Made by a program: the position numbers and the translations under genes. The notes below the pieces were generated by a model. The model was not told where the DNA came from. It searched no databases and saw only the letters and a program-made list of their open reading frames with translations. A DNA stretch of 64,000 nucleotides. It comes from an uncultured Eubacteriales bacterium. Lineage in GTDB: Bacteria; Actinomycetota; Coriobacteriia; Anaerosomatales; JAAXUF01. This document shows, piece after piece, positions 1 to 8,314 of the stretch (its first letter is position 1; each line of letters starts with the position of its first letter). The DNA is taken from the NCBI GenBank assembly GCA_964521195.1, contig CAZFRE010000002.1, forward strand, positions 192,930 to 256,929, read 5' to 3'.

Positions 1-1013
1 CCCGCGCGAGCCTCAAGTGCATCATCTGCCAGGAGGCCTTCGATTCGCGCCATGTGGGCCAGCCCGAGATCGTCGAGAAGTCGCGCATCTGCGAGTCGCT
101 CGGCGCCGAGGTCGTGAAGATGACCGTGGGGCCGGAGCTCTTCTTCCACATGCTCGAGCTCCTGGACGAGACCGGCTACTTCGCGGCCTCGCTGTACTCG
201 AGCTTCGGCGTCTCCGGCATCGAGACCCTCGGCCTCGAACTCGCCGAGGAGGTGCGGGCGCGCACGGGGCGCGACCCGGACTACGTCGTGGTCACGCACG
301 CGGGCGGCGGCAACACGACCGGCACCGCGCGCGGCCTGAAGCGCGCCGGCGCGACCGGCACGCAGATCGTCAGCGCCAGCGTCGATCTATCCGGTCTGCA
401 CATGGCGAGCGACAACGACTTCAACCGCAAGTCGTTCACGACCGGGCACACCGGCTTCGGCGTGCCGTTCGCGACCTGGCCCGATCGAGCGGACGTGCCC
501 CGTAACGCTGCGCGCTCGCTGCGCTACATGGACCGCTACCTCACCGTGACCCAGGGTGAGGTCTTCTACGTGACCGAGGCGATGGCCAAGCTCGAAGGGC
601 TCGAGCGCGGTCCGAGCGGCAACACCGCGATGACCGCGGCCATCGCGCTCGCGCGCACCGTGCCGCGCGACGCGACCATCGTGGTGCAGGAGACCGAGTA
701 CACCGGCGCCGGCAAGCACCACTGGGCACAGCTGAACTTCGCGCGCGAGCAAGGCGTCGAGGTGCGCTCCGGCGATCCGCGCGACAACGTGCCCGGCAAG
801 GTCATCGTCATCCCCGAGTCGCCCGAGCAGATCGGCGCTACGGACTTCGACATCGCCAAGATGCGCAGGAGCTACATCCGCAACGCGCTCTCGCATGCGC
901 CGCAAAGCTATACGCCCACCGCCGAGGACATCGAGTTCCTCGCCGAGGACACCAACAGCGACGCGGCGTTCGTCGAAGAGGCGATCGCGGGTCTGCGAGC
1001 TGCGGGCGCCTAG
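1..1013 (+). CDS. ortB: 2-amino-4-oxopentanoate thiolase beta subunit-like PLP enzyme (OrtB-like); 5' end cut by window edge
   Basis: Frame 3 is open from nt 3 to the TAG at 1011-1013; the listed ORF 54..1013 is only the part after the first Met. It has a PALP-fold-like glycine loop (THAGGGNTTGTARG). It lies next to oraS/oraE/racemase, the known ornithine-degradation context. Confidence 0.6.
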   Translation, partial: RASLKCIICQEAFDSRHVGQPEIVEKSRICESLGAEVVKMTVGPELFFHMLELLDETGYFAASLYSSFGVSGIETLGLELAEEVRARTGRDPDYVVVTHAGGGNTTGTARGLKRAGATGTQIVSASVDLSGLHMASDNDFNRKSFTTGHTGFGVPFATWPDRADVPRNAARSLRYMDRYLTVTQGEVFYVTEAMAKLEGLERGPSGNTAMTAAIALARTVPRDATIVVQETEYTGAGKHHWAQLNFAREQGVEVRSGDPRDNVPGKVIVIPESPEQIGATDFDIAKMRRSYIRNALSHAPQSYTPTAEDIEFLAEDTNSDAAFVEEAIAGLRAAGA

Positions 1014-1062
1014 GCCCGACGGCGCCAGCGGCCGCGCAGGCGCCTCACCACAGACGGCTGAC

Positions 1063-2109
1063 TCAGGCGCGCGCGGGGGCGGCCGGCGCGGCGGCTGTCG
1101 TCGTGGCCGGATGCGGCGCGGGTGTCTCGGAAGGGGCGGGACCGAACACGCGGTCCGTGGCCTTCACGTACCATGCGGCGCCCTGCACCTGCACGATGTA
1201 GGCGAGTGCGAGCACGAGCGCCGCCTCCGGGCCGAACTGCGCGACCGCGATGCCGAGCGCGATCGAGAGGTTGCGCATGACCGTGCCGTACACGACCGCG
1301 ATCGCGTCGCCGCGTGGGAGCAGGCTTCTGCCGAGCACCGTCGAGAGTACGAAGTTGATGGCGTAGAAGAGCACGAGCGGCACCGCGATGGTGAGGATCA
1401 GGCCGGGATTGCCGACGATCATCTTCGCCTTGAGGCCCACGGCGACGAACACGATGAGCAACACGCCGATCGACGAGATGCCGGGCAGCACGGGCACGAT
1501 GCTGCGCTTGAACGAGTCCTCACCCTTGGCGCGTACGTACAGCACGCGTGTGAGCACGCCGGCAACCATCGGGACGACGACCACCAGCAGGATGGTCTGC
1601 AGCACCTCGGCCATATTCACGGGGACGACTTTGCCGGCGAGAACCGACAGGTACACCGGTGCGAGCAGCGACGCCGCGATCAGGCCGATGACCGTCATCT
1701 TCACGGCTGCCGCGACGTTGCCCTTCGCGAATCCGGTCCACGAGATCGTCATCCCGCTTGTGGGGAAGAGGCCGGCGAGCACCATGCCCACGTACAGGCC
1801 GGGCTGGTTGTGGAAGAACAGCAACGCCATACCCCACGCGATCGCGGGAAGCGCGATGAAGTCGAGCGCCATCGCGAGGCTGACGGCCTTGCTGTCCTTG
1901 AGGTTGAACGCCTGGGCCGGCCGGAAGTTCACGAGCATCGGGTAGACCATGAGCATCGTGAGCGGCAACACGGCCGACTTGAGACCGGAGAGGTCGAAGA
2001 AGTAGCCGGCGGCCAGTCCCGCGAGCATCGCCGTGGGAATGAGAACAACGAGGTGCTTGGAGAGCTTCGCAAGCGCACCAGCGAAGGGGTGGCTGTCGTG
2101 AGCGGTCAT
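1063..2109 (-). CDS. SBF/ACR3-superfamily (bile acid:sodium symporter-like) permease
   Basis: Listed ORF 1063..2181. The likely start is the ATG at 2109 (MTAHDSHPF...). About 10 hydrophobic segments. The MVYPMLVNF and FPTSGMTISW motifs resemble the SBF/ACR3 fold, but the ACR3 catalytic Cys motif is not seen. Confidence 0.7.
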   Translation of the reverse strand: MTAHDSHPFAGALAKLSKHLVVLIPTAMLAGLAAGYFFDLSGLKSAVLPLTMLMVYPMLVNFRPAQAFNLKDSKAVSLAMALDFIALPAIAWGMALLFFHNQPGLYVGMVLAGLFPTSGMTISWTGFAKGNVAAAVKMTVIGLIAASLLAPVYLSVLAGKVVPVNMAEVLQTILLVVVVPMVAGVLTRVLYVRAKGEDSFKRSIVPVLPGISSIGVLLIVFVAVGLKAKMIVGNPGLILTIAVPLVLFYAINFVLSTVLGRSLLPRGDAIAVVYGTVMRNLSIALGIAVAQFGPEAALVLALAYIVQVQGAAWYVKATDRVFGPAPSETPAPHPATTTAAAPAAPARA

Positions 2110-2205
2110 GCGGGTCAACTCCGTTCGGGATGTGCTGCCAAGTGCGGGGCGGCGTTGGCGCCGGTCGATGCCCGCGGGCAAGGGCGGGCGTGGTGGCGCT
2201 TGGGT

Positions 2206-2223
2206 GATACCCCATGGGGTATC
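2206..2223. promoter_or_regulatory. 18-bp perfect palindrome GATACCCCATGGGGTATC (operator candidate) in a divergent intergenic region
   Basis: Read directly and exactly self-complementary. It lies about 97 nt upstream of the permease start (2109) and 136 nt upstream of oraS (2359). Confidence 0.6.
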
Positions 2224-2300
2224 CTACGCCGCGCCGCGAGGCGACGCAAGAGGGGCGCTCGCGACCTGCGGCGCTCTTGCTTCGAGGAAGGCGGACGCTA

Positions 2301-2336
2301 TGCTGAGTGCATCAGCAGACGCGCATTCTGTATACA
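2301..2336 (+). promoter_or_regulatory. Candidate oraS promoter: inverted repeat TGCTGAgtgcaTCAGCA (2301-2317) plus a -10-like TATACA (2331-2336)
   Basis: The TATACA box lies 23 nt before the oraS ATG and just before the RBS GAGGAGG (2344-2350). The 6-bp-arm inverted repeat sits where a -35 element or operator would be. Confidence 0.35.
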
Positions 2337-2358
2337 TGCCGACGAGGAGGCCTGACTG

Positions 2359-2727
2359 ATGGTCCGCGAGGACACGTTCGAGCACGCGCACCAGTACCTC
2401 ATGGGACTCACCGATGAGGAGCTGAAGATGCGCTTCTGGCATCTCACGCAAGAGATCGTCGATCCGCTTGTCGAGCTTGCGCGCACGCACACATCACCAT
2501 CCGTTGAGCGGTCGGTTCTGATGCGTATGGGAATCGACACGCCCACCTGCGTGGCGGTCGTCTCGGAGGTCGAGACGCGAGGGTTGCTGGGCCATGGGGC
2601 GGGGCATGTGGTGCTTGTGGTGATGCAGGCGCTCGAGTTGGACGCGCTCGCTGCGGCGAAGCTGCTTGCGGACGGCGATGCCGGCGCGTGGGCTGTCGTC
2701 GACGAGAAGTGGGGGGCCGCCCGATGA
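2359..2727 (+). CDS. oraS: D-ornithine 4,5-aminomutase small subunit (OraS)
   Basis: 122 aa, the size of OraS. RBS GAGGAGG. Its stop overlaps the start of the large subunit gene (ATGA at 2724-2727). Confidence 0.8.
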   Translation: MVREDTFEHAHQYLMGLTDEELKMRFWHLTQEIVDPLVELARTHTSPSVERSVLMRMGIDTPTCVAVVSEVETRGLLGHGAGHVVLVVMQALELDALAAAKLLADGDAGAWAVVDEKWGAAR

Positions 2728-4934
2728 GCGAGACGCTGCCGCCCCTCAAGCCGAACGAGAAGCTCGACGTCGCTGCGCTGCTCGACGGGCTGGCGACCTA
2801 TCATCCGCGCCGCAAGGGCTGGACGTGGCGTAAGCAGGTCACCGACCAGAGACTCTACGAGTTCTGCTACCGCGAGACCTCTGAGGGGCTGGCGAACTCG
2901 ATCCCGCTGCCAGCCGCGCACTACTTCGACAACATCGACCCGCAGCCGGACTGCGTCGTGACCACGGAGATCGCCTCGGGGCGCCCCGAAGACGATGTGC
3001 GCCGCATGCGCATGGCCGCCTGGCACGGGGCCGACCACATGATGGTCATCCGAACCGCCGGGCAGTCGCACATCGACGGGCTGCTCGAGGGGACGCCCGA
3101 GGGTGTGGGCGGCATTGCCGTCACCCGCAAACAGTGCCGCCTCACGCGCCGGGCGCTCGATCTCATCGAAGACGAGGTCGGCCGGCCCATCAACTACCAC
3201 AGCTACGTGAGCGGCGTCGCCGGTCCCGAGATCGCCGTCATGTTTGCCGAGGAGGGCGTCAACGGCGCCCACCAGGACCCGCAGTACAACGTGCTGTACC
3301 GCAACATCAACATGTACCGCTCGTTCGTCGATGCGGCGGTCGCCAAGCGCATCATGCGTTCGGTGCGCATGCTGCAGATCGACGGCGCGCACAACGCGAA
3401 CGCGACCGCCGTGCGCGCGTGGAAGGTCATGCCCGAGCTGCTCGTGCAGCACGCGATCAACTGCGCCTTCTCGGTGGCTGTGGGCATGCCCAAGGAAGAC
3501 ATCGCGCTCTCGACGGTGCCGCCCGATGCCGCACCGGCGCCGTGCATGCGCATGGACCTGCCCTACGCGGTGGCGCTCAGGGACCTGTTCGGCGAGTACA
3601 AGATGCGCGCGCAGCAAAACACCCGCTACATGGAGTCCGACGCGCGCGACGCGACGGTGTCGCATGTGATGAACCTCGTGATCTCGCGGTTGACGAGCGC
3701 CGACATCCAGTCGACCATCACGCCCGACGAGGGTCGCAACGTACCGTGGCACTACAACAACATCGCGGCGGTCGACACCGCCAAGCAGTCGCTGCTCGGC
3801 ATGGACGGCATGCGCGAGATGGTGAAGCTCGACCGCGAGAACCCGGAGCTGCGTAACCGCATCCGCGAGCTCAAGGAGCGCGCTGTGCTCTTTCTCGAGG
3901 CGATGCTCGCCGACGGCGGCTACTTCGCCGGCGTCGAGGAGGCGTACTTCGTCGACTCGGGCGAGTATCCCGAGACGCACGACGACGGCATCCGACGAAC
4001 CGCCGACGGCGGCTTGGGTGTGGGCACGATCGTGCCGCGGGCCGACGACTACCTCGCGCCGGTCTGCCACCACTTCGGCGACAACCACCTGCCGCGCAGT
4101 GTCGAGAAGCCGTGCCACGCGATCGGCGGCTGCACGCTGTGCGATCCCGAGAAGATCCCGTTCATCGACGAGCTCGACCCGGAAGACAACGCCGATGTGC
4201 GGCTTGCGCAGACTGCAGAACTGCGCGAGAAGGGACTCATCAAACCCGAGGTCGAGTGGGCTGGCGACGGCTATGTGGCCGTCACGATGTTTCTCCCTGC
4301 CGGCGAGCGCCACGCCGAGGCCGCCGCGCTCGAGCTCGGCCGCGCGATGAACCTCACCGACGTCGAGGTCATCCACAAGGCGGTCATGCACCCGGCCGAG
4401 GGCACGCTGGTCGAGATCAAGGGCGTGCTCGACGTCGCGATCGACCCGGCGGATCTCGTGATCTGCGAGCCGGTGCCGCCGCTGTCCGACGAGGAGATCC
4501 GCGAGTTCGTCGCGAGCAAGAACCTGCGCTGCGTCGCCGCGACCGTGGGGCAGGATGAGCACTCGGTGGGCATGCTCGAGATTGTCGACATCAAGCACGG
4601 CGGCCTCGAGAAGTGGGGGTTCTCGGCGACGTATCTGGGCACGTCGGTGCCGGTCGAGAAGGTACTCGACGCCGCCATCGAGCACGCCGCGCAGATCGTG
4701 CTCATCTCCACGATCATCACGCATGGCGACATGCACCGCACCAACATGGAGAAGCTCGCCGACCTCGCCGCCGAGAAGGGCGTGCGCGACAAGCTGCTGC
4801 TCATCGCGGGCGGTACGCAGGTCACCGACGAGCAGGCGAAGGCGTGGGGCATGGATGCCGGGTTCGGGCGGCGGACCAAGGGCATCGACGTGGCGAGCTT
4901 CATCGTGAAGACGATGCGCGAGCGGGGCATTTAG
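2724..4934 (+). CDS. oraE: D-ornithine 4,5-aminomutase large subunit (OraE), B12/PLP-dependent
   Basis: Listed ORF 2688..4934. The start at ATG 2724 (MSETLPPLKPNE) is coupled to oraS. About 736 aa. The C-terminal cobalamin-binding DxHxxG motif (QDEHSVG) is followed by a Rossmann-like region (LISTIITHG...LIAGG). Confidence 0.85.
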   Translation: MSETLPPLKPNEKLDVAALLDGLATYHPRRKGWTWRKQVTDQRLYEFCYRETSEGLANSIPLPAAHYFDNIDPQPDCVVTTEIASGRPEDDVRRMRMAAWHGADHMMVIRTAGQSHIDGLLEGTPEGVGGIAVTRKQCRLTRRALDLIEDEVGRPINYHSYVSGVAGPEIAVMFAEEGVNGAHQDPQYNVLYRNINMYRSFVDAAVAKRIMRSVRMLQIDGAHNANATAVRAWKVMPELLVQHAINCAFSVAVGMPKEDIALSTVPPDAAPAPCMRMDLPYAVALRDLFGEYKMRAQQNTRYMESDARDATVSHVMNLVISRLTSADIQSTITPDEGRNVPWHYNNIAAVDTAKQSLLGMDGMREMVKLDRENPELRNRIRELKERAVLFLEAMLADGGYFAGVEEAYFVDSGEYPETHDDGIRRTADGGLGVGTIVPRADDYLAPVCHHFGDNHLPRSVEKPCHAIGGCTLCDPEKIPFIDELDPEDNADVRLAQTAELREKGLIKPEVEWAGDGYVAVTMFLPAGERHAEAAALELGRAMNLTDVEVIHKAVMHPAEGTLVEIKGVLDVAIDPADLVICEPVPPLSDEEIREFVASKNLRCVAATVGQDEHSVGMLEIVDIKHGGLEKWGFSATYLGTSVPVEKVLDAAIEHAAQIVLISTIITHGDMHRTNMEKLADLAAEKGVRDKLLLIAGGTQVTDEQAKAWGMDAGFGRRTKGIDVASFIVKTMRERGI

Positions 4935-4935
4935 C

Positions 4936-6315
4936 GTGCCCGATGCCGCCGAGACCCCGAGGCGCATCGACGCGCTCGTCGCCGAGATCGGCTCGACGAC
5001 GACGGTGGTCAGCGCGTTTCACGGGTTGCTCGGCGATGGCGAGCCGCGGCTGCTCGGGCAGGGGTTCGCGCCCACGAGCGTGCTCGCGGGAGACGTGGGC
5101 GTGGGCGTGAGCGCCGCGCGCGCGATGCTCGAGGAGGCGCTCGGACCGCTTGGGCCGGGCGTGACGCTTGCGACCTCCTCGGCGGCAGGCGGCCTGCGCA
5201 TGACCGTGCACGGGCTGACGCAGAAGATGACGGCGATGGCTGCCCGAGAAGCCGCACTGGGCGCGGGCGGTGTCGTTGAGCACACAACGGCGGGCCGCTT
5301 GCGCGACGCCGATCTCGCGCACATCGATGAGGTGCGGCCCGGACTCATGCTGCTCGCGGGCGGCGTCGAGGGCGGCGATGTCGAGACGGTGCTCTTCAAC
5401 GCGGAGCGCTTCGCACAGCTCGCGGTGCGCCCGATCGTCGTGTACGCGGGCAACTCGCTCGTCGCGCCGGAAGCGCGCGAGGTGCTCGAGCGCTCGGGCT
5501 TCCGGGTTCGTGTCACAGCCAACGTCTACCCTGGTATCGATGAACTGAACATCCTCCCCGCGCGTGCCGCGATACACGACGCGTTCGAGGAGCACATAAC
5601 GCATGCGCCGGGCATGGAGCGCATCGGCGAGTTCGTGAGCGGGCGCATCCTGCCCACGCCGGGCGCGGTCCTGCTCGCCGCAGAGCTCCTGGCCGAGGCG
5701 GTCGGTGACCTCGCGGTCGTCGACGTGGGCGGCGCCACCACGGACGTGCATTCGGTCACGGACGGCAGTCCAGAGATTGCCGCGATCGCGACCGAGCCGG
5801 AGCCGCACGCCAAGCGCACTGTCGAGGGCGACCTCGGGACCTTCGTCTCGGCCGCTCACGTCGCCGCGTTGCTCCCCGAGCGCGAGCGCCCGGCGGTGCT
5901 GCCGCCCGCGATCCCGACGTCGCCGATGGAGCTCGACGCCGCGGCGCTGTTGGCGCGCGTGTGCGCCGTGACGGGTGTGGCGCGCCACGCCGGCGAGCTC
6001 CTGCAACTCTACACGCCGCGCGGGCGGCAGACCGTGGCGCGCGGCCGCGACCTGACCGCGTGCCGCCTGCTCATCGGCACTGGCGGCGCGCTCGTGAGGC
6101 TGCCCGGCGGCGAGGAGGCCCTCGCGGCCACGCGCGCCGGCGCGGCCGCCGGCCCCGCCGGCCCGGGCCTCGCCGGCGATCGCCTGCTACCGCCTGCCGA
6201 CGCGAGCTGCGTGCTCGACCGCGACTACGTCTTCGCCGCGTGCGGAGCGCTCTCCACGCACTTCCCGCCCGAGCCCGTGATCGCGCTCATGCGCGCGAGC
6301 TGCGGCATAGTCTAG
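4936..6315 (+). CDS. GlmL/MutL-family protein (putative aminomutase reactivase/chaperone)
   Basis: GTG start 1 nt after the oraE stop. The N-terminal ASKHA-like motif (ALVAEIGSTTTVVSAF) and the later VVDVGGATTDVHSV motif are typical of glutamate-mutase MutL/GlmL-like proteins. Confidence 0.7.
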   Translation: MPDAAETPRRIDALVAEIGSTTTVVSAFHGLLGDGEPRLLGQGFAPTSVLAGDVGVGVSAARAMLEEALGPLGPGVTLATSSAAGGLRMTVHGLTQKMTAMAAREAALGAGGVVEHTTAGRLRDADLAHIDEVRPGLMLLAGGVEGGDVETVLFNAERFAQLAVRPIVVYAGNSLVAPEAREVLERSGFRVRVTANVYPGIDELNILPARAAIHDAFEEHITHAPGMERIGEFVSGRILPTPGAVLLAAELLAEAVGDLAVVDVGGATTDVHSVTDGSPEIAAIATEPEPHAKRTVEGDLGTFVSAAHVAALLPERERPAVLPPAIPTSPMELDAAALLARVCAVTGVARHAGELLQLYTPRGRQTVARGRDLTACRLLIGTGGALVRLPGGEEALAATRAGAAAGPAGPGLAGDRLLPPADASCVLDRDYVFAACGALSTHFPPEPVIALMRASCGIV

Positions 6316-6330
6316 GAAGGCCGGCCAGCC

Positions 6331-7398
6331 ATGCTCGACGTCGCCACCCTCACGATCGACCTCGGCAAGATCGAGGAGAACGCCCGTCTCGTGGTCGACG
6401 CGCTGCCTGGTGCGCAGGTCGTCGGCATCACCAAAGTCACCTGCGGGTCGCCTGAGGTCGCGCGTGCGATGCTCGCGGGCGGCGTCACCGCGATCGGGGA
6501 GTCCCGCATCGAGAACATCGCGCACATGCGTCAGGCCGGCGTGCCCGGCCCGTTCTGGCTCGTGCGATCGCCGACTCCCGGCATCGCAGAGGAGACCGTC
6601 GCGCAGGCCGATGTGGCACTCGTGAGCGAATACGATGTCGCGGCCGCGCTCGACGCGGTCGCCGGTCGCGCGGGCGTGCGGTTCGGCGTTGTCGCGATGG
6701 TGGACGTAGGCGACCTGCGCGAGGGCATGATGCCCGAAACGCTCCCCGCGTTCCTCGAGCGCATGGCGAGTCTGGAGCACGTCGACGTCGAGGGCATCGG
6801 CATCAGCCTCACCTGCTACGGCGCGATCATCCCCACCGCCGACAACCTCGGCCAACTGGTCAGACTCGCCGAGGAGGCCGAGCGCATCACCGGACATAGC
6901 ATGCTCGTGTCCGGCGGTATGTCGACCACGCTCGACGCGCTGATCGCGGGCGCGATGCCGTCGCGCGTCGACAACCTACGGGTGGGCGAGGCGATCGTGC
7001 TGGGCGTGAGCCCCGCGACCCGCGAGCCGATCCTGGGCCTGCACACCGATGCGCTGGTCCTCTCGGCGCCGGTCATCGAATGCCAAGTCAAGCCGAGCAA
7101 GCCCATCGGCATCAGCGCGCAAGACGCCTTCGGCAACCGGCCCGTGTTCGAGGACCGCGGTATGCGCCGCCGCGCGATCTGTGCGATCGGCCGCCAGGAC
7201 GTCGTGCCGGAGCAGATGCGGCCGGTCGACGAGCGCATCCGGATCCTCGGCGCCTCGAGCGACCACCTCATCATCGACGTCGATGACCTTCCCGAGCCGC
7301 CCTCCATCGGCGAGGCGATCGAGTTCGTCCCGGGCTACTCGGCGACTCTGGCGCTCTTCACGTCGCCGTACGTGCGCAAGGAGTACCTGGGGCGCTAG
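6331..7398 (+). CDS. orr: Ornithine racemase-like PLP enzyme (alanine racemase N-terminal domain family)
   Basis: 355 aa. A PLP-lysine context (VVGITKVTCG). TIM-barrel racemase-like pattern. The position directly after oraSE and the reactivase matches the known orr location. Confidence 0.7.
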   Translation: MLDVATLTIDLGKIEENARLVVDALPGAQVVGITKVTCGSPEVARAMLAGGVTAIGESRIENIAHMRQAGVPGPFWLVRSPTPGIAEETVAQADVALVSEYDVAAALDAVAGRAGVRFGVVAMVDVGDLREGMMPETLPAFLERMASLEHVDVEGIGISLTCYGAIIPTADNLGQLVRLAEEAERITGHSMLVSGGMSTTLDALIAGAMPSRVDNLRVGEAIVLGVSPATREPILGLHTDALVLSAPVIECQVKPSKPIGISAQDAFGNRPVFEDRGMRRRAICAIGRQDVVPEQMRPVDERIRILGASSDHLIIDVDDLPEPPSIGEAIEFVPGYSATLALFTSPYVRKEYLGR

Positions 7399-7415
7399 GC
7401 CGCGAGCCGCGCGCT

Positions 7416-7453
7416 GGCACCGGCCGCCGGGTGGACGGCCGACGGCCGGTGCC
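7416..7453. terminator. Bidirectional GC-rich hairpin between convergent genes
   Basis: An 11-bp perfect stem, GGCACCGGCCG (7416-7426) / CGGCCGGTGCC (7443-7453), lies between the orr stop (7398) and the stop of the minus-strand gene (7461). Confidence 0.6.
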
Positions 7454-7460
7454 GGATGCG

Positions 7461-7712
7461 TCAGCCGAGCGTCGGTGCGCTCGTGAGCTGCCGAGAAGGG
7501 CGGTACATCTTCGCCGAGAAGCCCGCGTTGCGCAGCGTGCGGAGTATCTGGCGCACGTTGGCGACGCTCTCGTCGTAGAGCACCGAGACCAGGTTGAGCG
7601 AGCGGATGGAGGCGACGTCTTTGACGCCGTCGACGAAGCGCACGAGCATCTCGGCGAGCGCTGCCTCGTAGTCGTCGCGAAGACCGTCTATCAGGATGTG
7701 GACAGCTTGCAT
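7461..7712 (-). CDS. Small hypothetical protein with an HMA-like (ferredoxin-fold) pattern but no CxxC
   Basis: 83 aa. The pattern ILIDGLRDDY...VDGVKDV...VSVLYDESV...ILRTLRNAGFSAKM mimics a heavy-metal-associated domain whose GMxCxxC motif is replaced by GLRDDY. Confidence 0.4.
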   Translation of the reverse strand: MQAVHILIDGLRDDYEAALAEMLVRFVDGVKDVASIRSLNLVSVLYDESVANVRQILRTLRNAGFSAKMYRPSRQLTSAPTLG

Positions 7713-7772
7713 GGCTGCCTCCTCGGGTTCGGCGCGGCGATGATGCCGCGCGGCTGCGTACAGGGCGAGTGA

Positions 7773-8138
7773 CTAGCCCTGAAGCGGCTGACCTCGGGTT
7801 CTCGAGGCCCTCGAGGCGACGCGCAGGATCTCATCGGCGGGATCGGCGTCGGAATGGGGCGAGACGGCCACCGGCGAGAACGCAGGTCCCGTGGCGGCGT
7901 GGGCGATCTTCTCGGCGGTGGGTGCAGAGCCGGCGGCGTGCTTGGGCTGGGTGACCAGTCGGGCCGAGGCTGACCGGGGCGCCGGCGGGTGCGGGGGGAC
8001 GAGCGGCGGCAGCGGGACCGAGTGCGCAACGGTCTCGGCAGCCCGGTTGGGGAGGGGTGGGCCCGCCGGGCAGAAAGCGCCGCCGACAACGCTCCAGGCA
8101 AGGGAGAGACAGAGCGCGCTGCCGACGAGGCTTCCCAT
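7773..8138 (-). CDS. Hypothetical secreted Pro/Ala-rich protein (weak call)
   Basis: An internal ATG at 8138 in listed ORF 7773..8378 gives a signal-peptide-like N-terminus (MGSLVGSALCLSLAWSVVGG). The rest is low complexity. The longer version would overlap the thioesterase gene. Confidence 0.25.
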   Translation of the reverse strand: MGSLVGSALCLSLAWSVVGGAFCPAGPPLPNRAAETVAHSVPLPPLVPPHPPAPRSASARLVTQPKHAAGSAPTAEKIAHAATGPAFSPVAVSPHSDADPADEILRVASRASRTRGQPLQG

Positions 8139-8314
8139 CGCGACAGCGAAGGGCCGCCGCGTGGATGATGTGCCTGTCGTGCGCTGAGCCACCGTCTCGT
8201 CCCCCGTCACTCGTCGGAAGTGCCTGTCGACATCTCTGACGATGAGCGAGAGTTGTGCAGATTCTATGGCGAGCGCGGTGCGAATCCTGTGAAGTGAGTG
8301 AGGAGACACGCCCG

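Noticed and set aside
1063-2109. Calling the permease an ACR3 arsenite exporter, and linking it to the ArsS-like operon
   Set aside because: Only the general SBF/ACR3 fold is recognisable. The Cys-containing ACR3 motif I remember (R-C-I-A-M-V context) is absent (FPTSGMTISW instead), and no ars genes are adjacent.
2182-2358. Cobalamin riboswitch upstream of the B12-dependent oraSE genes
   Set aside because: No B12-box-like GCCACTG core or the extended conserved helices were seen. The leader after the putative -10 box is only about 20 nt.
2298-4967. 889-aa ORF antisense to oraS/oraE
   Set aside because: Its composition is Arg/His/Asp/Leu-rich and it has no recognisable motifs. The opposite strand encodes a clearly recognisable OraE with a B12 motif. 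Long antisense ORFs are expected in stop-codon-poor high-GC DNA. The same reasoning applies to 8835..10871, 10913..12748, 13528..16104, 16091..18457, 24758..26440, 30089..31819, 35279..37864, 49178..51595 and similar.
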